DNA of 20,000 nucleotides from an uncultured virus (IMG/VR IMGVR_UViG_3300003962_000201) (Duplodnaviria; Heunggongvirae; Uroviricota; Caudoviricetes). How positions within the stretch are numbered: position 1 is the stretch's first letter; each line of letters opens with the position of its first letter. The position numbers and the translations under genes were made by a program. Positions 10,101-17,577 of this stretch are shown here, piece by piece. The notes beneath the pieces are model-generated. The model was not told the DNA's origin, ran no database searches, and saw only the letters and a list, made by a program, of their open reading frames with translations. The stretch lies in the IMG/VR virus record IMGVR_UViG_3300003962_000201, one strand, 5' to 3'.

Positions 10101-12457
10101 AAATTAAAGCAAGCGGTATTAAAAAACTTCTTCCTTATAGAGGTTTTTATCCTGTTCAAAGAACGATGCAACTTGCAAGTCTTTTATCATCTTCTTTGAT
10201 AGACAACATCAGGGTTAATGTTAATCCAATTCAAAATTCTCAATCTTACGCAACAATAACCATGATGCAACCTTACTTCGCACCCGGAATTATGTATAAT
10301 ACGATTAAGGCGGGCATTGCCGTTGATTATCCAATTATTGTTCCATCAACTAGCGTAACGGCAATTAATTTGGTTCATCTTTATGTTTCTCATTCAATTA
10401 ATGCCGGCATAAGTGTTGTTGAGTATTTGACCGATAATCGTTTGCCTTTTGAAAGTCTTATTGATTTGAAAGGATTTCCGGTTCAATCATTTGTTCCTGG
10501 CTCAACTCCAAGTCTCGGGCCAAGCAACATTTTGCTTTATCCTGAATTTATTTCCGGAAACGCTTTCAATGCTGATGAAGCCAGAACTATTAACGCCATT
10601 TGGAATGGAAAATTTAATAATCCTCTTTATTCTATGGCTATGAATAACTTTTTAGCAGAAACTTCAAAATTCTTCTTAAAAGACGGAAAGTATAAAACAA
10701 TTTCATCAAAACCAGAAAAAGACATTAAAGGTAAGTTTGAATCCGGAAAAACATACTTGATGGATGTTGTTTTGTATAAACAAGGCAATTTCGCGATGGT
10801 CGAGAGCCACTGGAACCAAGATAATTTATCTTATTATTTTGATGATTTAACAATCCCTGGCCAACACTTCACTAACAAGTCGGGGTCGTTCTCTGGAAGA
10901 TACTTCGGCCCGGCATGTAAATTTTTCTACAGAGAAGAAACTCCAAGTGAATTCCTTCTTACAAGCACTTTTGACCTCGTTAAAGACCCCGCCCAAGCTC
11001 CTTTTACTCCTCCGTATTTTTACGGAACAGCGAAAGCAACTTTAAGGTATGTTGCCGACGGGACCGAAACCGGAGATGATGTCCTTTCGAAAGTTTTAAG
11101 TCGAATTCAAATTACTTGTTCTATTGATGGAATGCCTTGGTTGGGAAGCAACACTCCGCCAGAATCAACAGCACATAGACATGTGATGCCTATTACCTCA
11201 TCCATTAATCTTTTAGGCATCTCCAAGAACAAGTCGGTTTCTTATAATCTTGGAAGTCAAAATAATGGAAAGTTCTTGCCTGGCTCCGCGACAGATCCGG
11301 AAACAAATGCTTTAAATACTTGGGTTATTTCTCCAAAGTTTGAAACGCCTGTTTTAAATGTTCGCGGAAGACCAACAGGATTTTTTAACTTTACAACCGG
11401 AAGCGTTCCAACTTATCTTTATGGAACTCAAAGCTCCATCTGGACAACTCACGACGGGATTGTTTATAATTCAGCATCTTATGGGCGTTCTATTTGGATG
11501 AATTACGCGGCAATTCCAACAGCGAGCGATGGTATTTTCTTTCAAATTAAAGAAACCCTTGATGCGACCAATTATTCTCAAAACTCTCCATTTGGCTCTT
11601 TGATTGATGTTATGGGATTTGATACAACTCCTCAAAGAGTTGGAGAGTTGCCTGATGATGGAGAGCGTGAAATAAGCGAACTTCTTGTTGCAATTCCGTT
11701 TGTTGATTATGAAATCAACGAAACAAATGAATTTGCTGAAACAACAAAAATTATTGGAAAAAACTTTTTCACAATTAAGAAAAACATTTGGGATTTCCAG
11801 AAGAAACAGGTTGATAATAATGCTCCCGCAATAACTCCGGATAGTGGTCTTGGAACTGGAATTATCAACGAGACGTCCATAAGCGAAATGTATAAAATTT
11901 TACAAAAGTATGTAATTCCCCCGGAAATGAATTTCTTGCTTTATGACGACATTCAGCCATTCGTCATCTATCCTTTGGAGTTCTCGCACAGACTTTCTCG
12001 CCAAGAGGTTGCCGACATCTGGCAAAATGTTTTGCCGGACATAGGTTTAATCGCTCAAAAAGAGGACAGCGAATTTGTTCACAATACCGGTCTGGTTGAT
12101 TTTTTCCACGGAAAAAAATTACCAGAAGACATTCGTTGGATGGTCTTTAAATTAAAGAAAAAAGCGGCGATAAATTACTTTACAACCACGGCGGATAGTA
12201 GCGACGATGACCGGTTCAAGTTTGATTTTAAAGTTGGCCGAAAAGAACCTGAATACTCATTTAACTGGCCTTATGACCAGTGTTCCCTGGTGGAATTGGC
12301 TAAAATTGAGGTTGGTGTCGAATTGTCGCCAAAAGACTTGACAAATGTTGCGAACACCGCGAACATTCAGCCCGGGCAAGAAGCATTAGGAAATAACCCT
12401 ACACTCCAAACAGGAATTTCAAAAGGCCGACAATTAAATGGAAAACTTAAAAGTTAG
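4175..12457 (+). CDS. Giant (2760 aa) baseplate/tail protein with a gp7/P2-gpI-like segment and two LamG/concanavalin-A-like domains
   Basis: LamG-like 1 at ~4720-5310 ('ITIEFWM...LDEFRFWKVKRNAEQI...LGIYYKFNEG'). gpI/gp7-like segment at ~5570-5970 ('FPAWIREED...IYNNLSFINKSKGTEKSFRNLFHAFG'). LamG-like 2 at ~6175-6895 ('TYEIECLF...ISNLRYWVSAL...LALYWDFS'). The start overlaps the upstream gene by 11 nt. Confidence 0.7.
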   Translation: MSIKNLFNKNDILQILPATTEEEISREIESEGYISSFIEEQNKFLPRVDLSNPANFARWGSAEQYYLDSIEYIAETYPYDGSLKEKVNWSLSSSYLDLYLFENEYPRVNGYVNLGLNYGTQVSSSSNYSLVDNLSYIFLKGGPNSASAGMEGKPLAETFNLSNYYSTASNRENNLEIDPNAGITIEFWMNKVSASVGSGKQVIFDLWNSRSYADTNYGRIRLEIRPQITGSQNQFFLEIRSGSSGLSAQRADTTIPIGNNLLITGSDWKQYSLTVKNSGSQMVAELWTSGVLNDTIITGSSIGAITGSMIATIGSLITSVSGANGGLGWGKLSASLDEFRFWKVKRNAEQIGRYWFTQVGGGTNTDLANTNLGIYYKFNEGVWNSSSIDYADAKILDYSGRISNGNLVGYSLGMRSTSSAMVLAGATEREFQDPIIYLSHPRVQEFLSAKQEIGFNHDVSGSSNLYFMFPAWIREEDEKDNAFVLKKFSQIIGKSFDDLHLQIESFSKIKHPDYTETTERPYNFTSRLVNSTGLFVPELFTQAEALEALANRSEIEEFENKLYEIKSRIYENIYNNLSFINKSKGTEKSFRNLFHAFGVDDDLLKVNLYVDGETYKFENNLKFGVARKKFADFNNPDRFDATIYQFTSSQTNSRSFISNLSGTRFNGETYEIECLFPKKFERDSELYFETTFLSSSIFGGHTANTGTTQNNLGWNSPDIFNFQVYSVRESQESKNVYFQLTGTSGGSVPNLTSSVFKDVYDNSKWNLFVRIKPNGYPYASATSGSISTYTIEFIGKNYVLDVLVNSFAVSSTIPSSFLSGARRMYAGAHRQNFTGTVIDRTDVKISNLRYWVSALEDEVLDLHAKDAFNYGTINPIQNAYLSDRNLFGNDIQQIPYGQTLALYWDFSSVSSSGPSSDGNPTTYDATFEVADLSSGSAELRQSLPAIRDAVNYFYPGIGGFYPPNDTNAINQEYLQNAELMLPEVQNSSNLVSILNQDDEVFTRESKPIKHFFSVEKSFNSIISKEMLKMFGTIQAFNNLIGEPVNRYRQNYKMLEKMRSIYFSTIENKPDFDRFLEYFKWIDSSISTIVYQLIPATAIASQKIRNVVESHILERNKYWTKFPTMEFKTPTPEGGMRGINERLYPGASGTAPANGLQASNGYWWRARAERQNPAITSNNANADISRNIILSSTYSALERSFSTPYHLDVLKTPDLTSSLSPVSVVNVKNSRAVSSSNDEGFVANPVENFVPLHGAYEKLGNYKEDYEIISTSGRKNQNRFFIKSGGLSVAYANSQFISGVNEFQTLNRSGSSAKNKWVFVEKFSAPGGPETNAAAGLDVEAGEYSIYNSVNERNKIVRSQLNRWSQDYNVWGGSSSISVGAQEVPGYHKINRNTSYRNELSGTSNSIVVSASRDNLFIQRPLPANDIQYSWITASLNAGITQPFGFLTEFYRATGTATSSSLTFLSQSLSSSLVSFVGIVNNLEKDLDEAGHFLSSSVSANGELLNERILNLNGPYGHSTWKQIRAGQTISGRWLNKNNFISIMDAPRDFIFIDENGKQEKVFARPGTFKDYKESPFSSKYKPMVHSLKMKDTGRDLLFVHSYANIISSFGNNEIINKLNYKNCEPQIYDKLKEIYINTDLTDETSPISKVNKIVYSEVVFPKESNTGLNRSRSRVFYSKETASFSNQSWTSTGIGSGNYAVLSNVINGADIHIFARRTFWRDDPGLRNRKRPVVFSNNPSPGGQTVYSTTLPNSMNVRDGFASSIWPFGTHWLKNGTLGDGQNDIHISGNDNFDFGELNKPYRFDIFSWYKNTVVSGTQDYYYSIYPTASISFFYPAVFLPITCSRVNAGTTLFTPNGVELTMPWRVAEESGRRPFYDTYEDFSADVRAIGKDYSQIPEFTIDGQLTYFVANQGGNFRALTNTFLGLIGGEASSSAPSTTGRFSDNFFNTFVHSDSLKRYGKVLNEHRDYGVSKIKIKASGIKKLLPYRGFYPVQRTMQLASLLSSSLIDNIRVNVNPIQNSQSYATITMMQPYFAPGIMYNTIKAGIAVDYPIIVPSTSVTAINLVHLYVSHSINAGISVVEYLTDNRLPFESLIDLKGFPVQSFVPGSTPSLGPSNILLYPEFISGNAFNADEARTINAIWNGKFNNPLYSMAMNNFLAETSKFFLKDGKYKTISSKPEKDIKGKFESGKTYLMDVVLYKQGNFAMVESHWNQDNLSYYFDDLTIPGQHFTNKSGSFSGRYFGPACKFFYREETPSEFLLTSTFDLVKDPAQAPFTPPYFYGTAKATLRYVADGTETGDDVLSKVLSRIQITCSIDGMPWLGSNTPPESTAHRHVMPITSSINLLGISKNKSVSYNLGSQNNGKFLPGSATDPETNALNTWVISPKFETPVLNVRGRPTGFFNFTTGSVPTYLYGTQSSIWTTHDGIVYNSASYGRSIWMNYAAIPTASDGIFFQIKETLDATNYSQNSPFGSLIDVMGFDTTPQRVGELPDDGEREISELLVAIPFVDYEINETNEFAETTKIIGKNFFTIKKNIWDFQKKQVDNNAPAITPDSGLGTGIINETSISEMYKILQKYVIPPEMNFLLYDDIQPFVIYPLEFSHRLSRQEVADIWQNVLPDIGLIAQKEDSEFVHNTGLVDFFHGKKLPEDIRWMVFKLKKKAAINYFTTTADSSDDDRFKFDFKVGRKEPEYSFNWPYDQCSLVELAKIEVGVELSPKDLTNVANTANIQPGQEALGNNPTLQTGISKGRQLNGKLKS

Positions 12458-13043
12458 TTTATTATTCTTATTTTTAATAAATTGTTCATGTGATGGAGTG
12501 ATTCAAGAAGACCAAGGGTTCTTTAGCAAGAACAGTAAAACTTTTGAACAATCTGGGTGTGAAAGAATAACTATTGATAAAGAATTAAAACAAGTAAAGG
12601 TTTCTATTCAATCAGCCGAGGAAGTTGAAATTTGTACGAGAGAAGCAATAGAATTTTGGAACCGAGAGGTTGAAGGATTAAATCTTGTTTTTACGGGTTA
12701 TTATGATTTTGATAAAATTGAAGATTACAACTTTATCGCTGTTAGACAAGAAAATGAAATACCTAATAAAGAAGATGATTTTTTTACTCGGTATTTAGGA
12801 AGCATGTTTTCTTATCCAACCCTAGATTGTGTCTTCAAGTACATCTCTATCGTTGTTGTACCTCAAGACATAAATTCTATGTGCGACACTATGAAGCACG
12901 AAGTAGGGCACGCATTAGGGTTAGACCATGATACGATAGAAGGCTCGATAATGACCCAGCAAAGATACAGAGAGTGTGAAAATGATGAATGTTTCATAAC
13001 GAACAAGGATTTATTATTGTTGAATAATTATTTCAAGCAATAA
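12438..13043 (+). CDS. Metzincin zinc metalloprotease (matrixin / peptidase M10-like), probably exported or lipid-anchored
   Basis: HEVGHALGLDH (HExxHxxGxxH) at 12897-12929, followed by the Met-turn-like 'SIM' at 12945-12953. 'REAIEFWN' matches the 'A...W' helix of matrixins. Hydrophobic N-terminus ending in Cys (MENLKVSLLFLFLINCSC). Confidence 0.85.
   Translation: MENLKVSLLFLFLINCSCDGVIQEDQGFFSKNSKTFEQSGCERITIDKELKQVKVSIQSAEEVEICTREAIEFWNREVEGLNLVFTGYYDFDKIEDYNFIAVRQENEIPNKEDDFFTRYLGSMFSYPTLDCVFKYISIVVVPQDINSMCDTMKHEVGHALGLDHDTIEGSIMTQQRYRECENDECFITNKDLLLLNNYFKQ
13025..13030 (+). promoter_or_regulatory. TAATTA motif 12 nt upstream of ATG 13043, inside the 3' end of the protease gene
   Basis: Same hexamer as before the starts at 911, 2746 and 17578. 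Confidence 0.25.
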
Positions 13044-14029
13044 TGAAATTTCTTGATGAAAAAGAACAAGTTTTAGACATCCAATTAACTTCTTTTGGAA
13101 AACATCTTTTATCAAAAGGTTTATTTAAGCCTTGTTATTATGAATTTTTTGATGATGATGTAATCTATGATTATCAATCCACAGGTTTTATAAGCGAAAG
13201 CCAAAACAGCATTCAGGATAGAATTTTTGAGACGCCGCGCCTGGAGACCCAAACAAATTACGGCGGGATAGAAAGACAGATTTTAGAAAAAATTAAATTT
13301 GTTAGAGATAATGTTGTTCTTGAAGACCAGCAGGGCGTTTCAATCCAGAATGAAATTGATAGGAATTTATCCCTAAAATCCCCAATTGGTTCAATAAAAT
13401 TGGAAAGCACCAACGCTCCAGCGTGGAACATAAATGTTTTAAATGGCGAATTAACAAGCTCTTTAACTTATCTTTCCGGCACAAACGCAATAATAAAAAT
13501 ACCACAACTTAACTGCAAAGATGTCCTCTTCAAGCGGCAAGTAAAAACAGGTATGCCCGTCTCCAACAACATTTTAAGAGAGATGGAAAATGCCGAAGCA
13601 GGAAATGATACAGGTCTTTTAAGCGTTGTCTTTCCTGACGGGTCCTATTTGGATGTTGATGAAGACTTCTTGCTTTTAAAAGTTGAAGAATTAAACATAG
13701 AAGATGACGGCGAGAACTTTGAGATGGAAATCTATGAAATCCTTTCAGGAAATCTTGAAAACGAAGAAAAACTTGTTCCATTATTTTTTTACGAAAAGCC
13801 GTATGTAATTCAGGATGATTTGCTCGTTATGGAAAATGAAGCGAGAACACCAGAAATAAATAAAAACTTTATCAATTATTACTTAAACATAAAGACGGAT
13901 GCTGATTTACCAAATGAAATCATTTGTTCTCTTCCAAAAGAAGATAGACCTTTTGATGTTGTTTGTTTGGATAATCAACCAACAAATACTTTGTATGACG
14001 AAGAGACTGACCCAGAGGAGAAATGCTAA
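13043..14029 (+). CDS. Hypothetical acidic phage protein, probably structural (baseplate-associated)
   Basis: 328-aa ORF coupled to the upstream gene by a TAATG overlap. N-terminus 'KEQVLDIQLTSFGKHLLSKGLFKPCYYEFFDDDVIYD'. No domain confidently recognised. Confidence 0.75.
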   Translation: MKFLDEKEQVLDIQLTSFGKHLLSKGLFKPCYYEFFDDDVIYDYQSTGFISESQNSIQDRIFETPRLETQTNYGGIERQILEKIKFVRDNVVLEDQQGVSIQNEIDRNLSLKSPIGSIKLESTNAPAWNINVLNGELTSSLTYLSGTNAIIKIPQLNCKDVLFKRQVKTGMPVSNNILREMENAEAGNDTGLLSVVFPDGSYLDVDEDFLLLKVEELNIEDDGENFEMEIYEILSGNLENEEKLVPLFFYEKPYVIQDDLLVMENEARTPEINKNFINYYLNIKTDADLPNEIICSLPKEDRPFDVVCLDNQPTNTLYDEETDPEEKC

Positions 14030-17000
14030 TGAATAACGAATTATTTGGGTCTTTTATTCCTGATGTCTATTTTTCTAAAATAACTCTTGAAACCTCCGCT
14101 GGCTCTGCTTTTGTTTCCTTGGCCCCTGTCGATTCCGGCGTGAGCCTCGTTAAACAAAGAATTGATAAAAATAAAGTCGCAAGCATAGCATCCGCTTTTG
14201 ATAAGAACTCTCTTGATAAAGACGAAGCCCCATCGTTTTGTAAAATAACTTTAGATTTGGTTGCGAAAGATACTCTAAAAAAAGATTACATCTTGAATTG
14301 GATGGAGCAGAATAACTTTACCAAATTCCTAAAATTTGTTGTCGTTCAGCTGGAAAATAAAGAAACAATTGATTTTGTTGAAAAAAACGGCATCCTAGCT
14401 CTTGAAAAGATTAATCCAGATGAAAGGCATAAATACAGATTTTCTAAAAAAATCTTAAAAGTTCCGCAAGATGTTGTCGGCGGCGGCGATGCGGTTAAAC
14501 AACAAGAAGATGTCTTTAATGATAAAGGAGAGAAAATAATTAACATTCCTTTTAGAACTTCATTTTTAATTCAAAAAGACCCACAAGATTTATGTTATTT
14601 TTCTTACTCTTTTATAGACATAAATGAAATTTCAAGAGAATTTGGATTTTCTAACGAAAATGTTGGCGACAACTTGTTTTACGGAAACTTAATAAGAGAA
14701 AATGTTATTTCTTTGGGCCTTCTAAATAATCAATCTTATGTCTTTCTTGATAAGGATAATAATCCTTGGTTTGGTCCTGTTTTTGAAAGGGGCGGAAAAT
14801 TCTATCAAGAACAACAATTCATTAATGAATTAAAGAGGTTTTCGTTTGAGAATAATAAAATTCAAGATTTTAGAAAAGTTTCGCGAATTGATAGATTGTT
14901 GCTTGATTTCTCAATAGCCAACAATTTAAGACTTAATTCAAAGTTAGATAAGACATTCTCACAAAAGATAATTGTTAAAGAAGGGAAATCTTATTTTTCT
15001 AATCTTTGTTTGTCGCAAGACCAAGACGGAAACATTAGATTTTTCTTTGGATTTGACGCAAGAAGATTTCTACAAGATAATTCTCTTTACGGAAAATTGT
15101 TTTTAAATGGAAAACAATTTGAAGAGGCTGTTCGGCGGTCTTTCATTCAATCTATAAAAATTTATAGAAAACGAATTGCTGGTTCTGCCGAAGCGGGAAG
15201 CGAACCAAGAAGAGAATACCTTTTTGACGAAAATCAACCTCCTTATGTTATTGTTGAAAGCAAAGATGTTTTAGGCAATTTTAATACCTTAACAACAATA
15301 AACAATAAAAAAAGTTCTCTTAAAGAAATACCATCTCTTTTTGTTGAAGACCCAAATTCGGTCGGTATAAGGTATTTTACAGGAGCAGACAAAACCGTAA
15401 AAAACAATACGGACGGGTATTATCAGTATTCCGCTGAATTATCTTTTATGGACGGCTCGGTTGTTGTTCTCGCGAATAAATTAAATCAATTAAAACAAAG
15501 CAAGGCTCAATTAAACTCGTATTATGTCCTTTCATCTAAACCAGAGAATTTTGATGTTAATTTGAATAGATTTACAAATGCTTTTTATTCCAAGATGAGA
15601 GTTAAATACGGGCTTGGAAATGATAATGCGCCTTGGTTCAAAGCGGTAGATGACTATCTTGACTTTATTAACATAACAAGTGAACTTAACCGAATTGAAG
15701 AGGAAGAGTTGAGAAAGCAATTGTACATCTATAATCACCCGAGAACTGGAAACCCTAACGGGATACAGACAACAATTTCTTTAATAGATAATCTAATAAA
15801 TAAATTAGAAAAAGCCTTGAAATTATTTAATCAAGCAACCAATTTAGGATACATCCCAAACGGAGATGTTAAAGAAAGTTCTGTTTATTTTAAGCAATCA
15901 AATAATTCCAAAAATCTAACAACAGAAAAAACTTTTTTTGAAATTGTTAATACATCAAAATTAACAAAAGATGGATACGAAGTCCTTGATGTTGATACTC
16001 CCGATGATGTTTCTGGATTAAAATTAATAACTGGTCAAGATTACAATCGACGAGTTGAGAGAGAAATTGATGTTCTTTTTGAAAGAAAAGACGGGATTAA
16101 ACCGAACATAAATTTAGAAGTTGGCGGAGAAAGATACACAGAAAACGACAGCATAGATACGACAAGTTATTCTTATTTAGGGTTTTCTTACGCTCTTGAG
16201 AGAGGCATTAAAAGTTTATCGCGTGTCGGCAATTCTCCCGGACCTTCACAGCCGAGCGACAGTTTTGTTAATTTTTCTGTTTCTTCTAAAAAATCAAACA
16301 ATTCTTTAAATGTATCCAAAAATAATACTCCCATAGGTGTTCCGGAAGGAACATCTCTATCGAGAGAGCAGATTTTTACAACGACAAACATAGAGAAGTT
16401 TTCTGCCGAATTAGGTTTAAATGTTATAAAAGAGGTTGTCCGGGCGCCTTCCATAGTTGGAAGACCAAACTTACCACGATTTACGGCGGTTAGGGATAGT
16501 TCTCCGGTCGATGAATTGGTTCATGAAGAAGTTTATTGTTTTAATAGACAATCTTTTGATGATGCCTTTGACGCTTCGCCGGTTTTGTTAAATCTTGTTG
16601 AGAAAATTTCTCCCTCCCCTAACAATAGATTTAGAGTTGGAAACTCGGCCGGAAACTCTGTTTTTGCCGATAAAAGAGAAAGAATAAGAACAACAGACAT
16701 AAAGATGTATGATTTAACAAATAAAATAAATTATGTTAAAGAACTTGTCGCAAATCCTGAAAATGTTAAAAGCGAATTATTTTTTAGAGGAAGACCGCAC
16801 AATACAACTCTTAATGACGCTTTGAGACAATTACCGAACCACACAAAAGCGATGTTCTTATCTTATACAAAACCCGAGGTCGTCAAGACAAATTGGAGCA
16901 AAGAGCTAGGGCAAAACGGAAATCAAATTCCAGGACAAAAAACTAAATTTGATTTGTTCCAAAACTTTTTACAGACGATAGAGGTTTTTACAGGATTTAA

Positions 17001-17568
17001 GACAGACGAAAAAACGAAGGAACCTTTAATAAAAGAGGAAAGCTGGATGCCTCTAACTCTTGAAATGTATAATAAAATTTTCAGCAAGACCTTGCTATGT
17101 CGTATGAGAACTTATAAAAATGAGTTCGTTGGCGTCATTCCGGAAGAAACCCTTGAAAAACCAATTTTTCACCAATACTTCTTGGTTTTATCTCAACCAA
17201 GACCGCAATTAACTCTTCCTCCTCCTATAACCCTCATTAGACCGGAAGTTCTTCCTTCAAGACCTTCCTTGACGGGTCTTCTCAACACCGCCGGCATAAC
17301 CCCCGAGACAACCAGTTCAACGGGCGTTGGACCTTCCGCTGGTGTTGGAACAGGCGCTCCAAGACTTAACCAGGCTCCTCCGCCCGGCGAATTGGTCTTC
17401 GAACCTGAAGGTGTCGCAACCGGGGAACAGCAAAGATGCTCCAATTTATTAAATGATGCTCTTTTGGATACTATCCCTATTGAACAAACAACCACCAATG
17501 CTGGAGGTATTTATGAAAATTCATCTCTTCAAGGCGGGACAAGAACCTTAAATCTTATCGGGTCTTAA
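14023..17568 (+). CDS. Large hypothetical phage protein (~1180 aa) with a Pro/Thr/Gly-rich C-terminal tail
   Basis: Long ORF with codon usage like its neighbours. The true start may be ATG 14029, which forms a TAATG overlap with the upstream stop and has GAGGAG at 14015-14020, 8 nt upstream. Confidence 0.8.
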   Translation: MLMNNELFGSFIPDVYFSKITLETSAGSAFVSLAPVDSGVSLVKQRIDKNKVASIASAFDKNSLDKDEAPSFCKITLDLVAKDTLKKDYILNWMEQNNFTKFLKFVVVQLENKETIDFVEKNGILALEKINPDERHKYRFSKKILKVPQDVVGGGDAVKQQEDVFNDKGEKIINIPFRTSFLIQKDPQDLCYFSYSFIDINEISREFGFSNENVGDNLFYGNLIRENVISLGLLNNQSYVFLDKDNNPWFGPVFERGGKFYQEQQFINELKRFSFENNKIQDFRKVSRIDRLLLDFSIANNLRLNSKLDKTFSQKIIVKEGKSYFSNLCLSQDQDGNIRFFFGFDARRFLQDNSLYGKLFLNGKQFEEAVRRSFIQSIKIYRKRIAGSAEAGSEPRREYLFDENQPPYVIVESKDVLGNFNTLTTINNKKSSLKEIPSLFVEDPNSVGIRYFTGADKTVKNNTDGYYQYSAELSFMDGSVVVLANKLNQLKQSKAQLNSYYVLSSKPENFDVNLNRFTNAFYSKMRVKYGLGNDNAPWFKAVDDYLDFINITSELNRIEEEELRKQLYIYNHPRTGNPNGIQTTISLIDNLINKLEKALKLFNQATNLGYIPNGDVKESSVYFKQSNNSKNLTTEKTFFEIVNTSKLTKDGYEVLDVDTPDDVSGLKLITGQDYNRRVEREIDVLFERKDGIKPNINLEVGGERYTENDSIDTTSYSYLGFSYALERGIKSLSRVGNSPGPSQPSDSFVNFSVSSKKSNNSLNVSKNNTPIGVPEGTSLSREQIFTTTNIEKFSAELGLNVIKEVVRAPSIVGRPNLPRFTAVRDSSPVDELVHEEVYCFNRQSFDDAFDASPVLLNLVEKISPSPNNRFRVGNSAGNSVFADKRERIRTTDIKMYDLTNKINYVKELVANPENVKSELFFRGRPHNTTLNDALRQLPNHTKAMFLSYTKPEVVKTNWSKELGQNGNQIPGQKTKFDLFQNFLQTIEVFTGFKTDEKTKEPLIKEESWMPLTLEMYNKIFSKTLLCRMRTYKNEFVGVIPEETLEKPIFHQYFLVLSQPRPQLTLPPPITLIRPEVLPSRPSLTGLLNTAGITPETTSSTGVGPSAGVGTGAPRLNQAPPPGELVFEPEGVATGEQQRCSNLLNDALLDTIPIEQTTTNAGGIYENSSLQGGTRTLNLIGS

Positions 17569-17571
17569 TTA
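17566..17571 (+). promoter_or_regulatory. TAATTA motif 6 nt upstream of ATG 17578, overlapping the preceding stop codon
   Basis: Same hexamer. Its TAA is the stop codon of the upstream gene, which weakens its independence. Confidence 0.25.
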
Positions 17572-17577
17572 TAAAAA

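Noticed and set aside
4175..12457. Intein, intron or diversity-generating retroelement target in the giant ORF
   Set aside because: No intein splice or LAGLIDADG motifs were recognised, the frame is uninterrupted, and no reverse transcriptase or TR/VR repeat pair is visible in the window.
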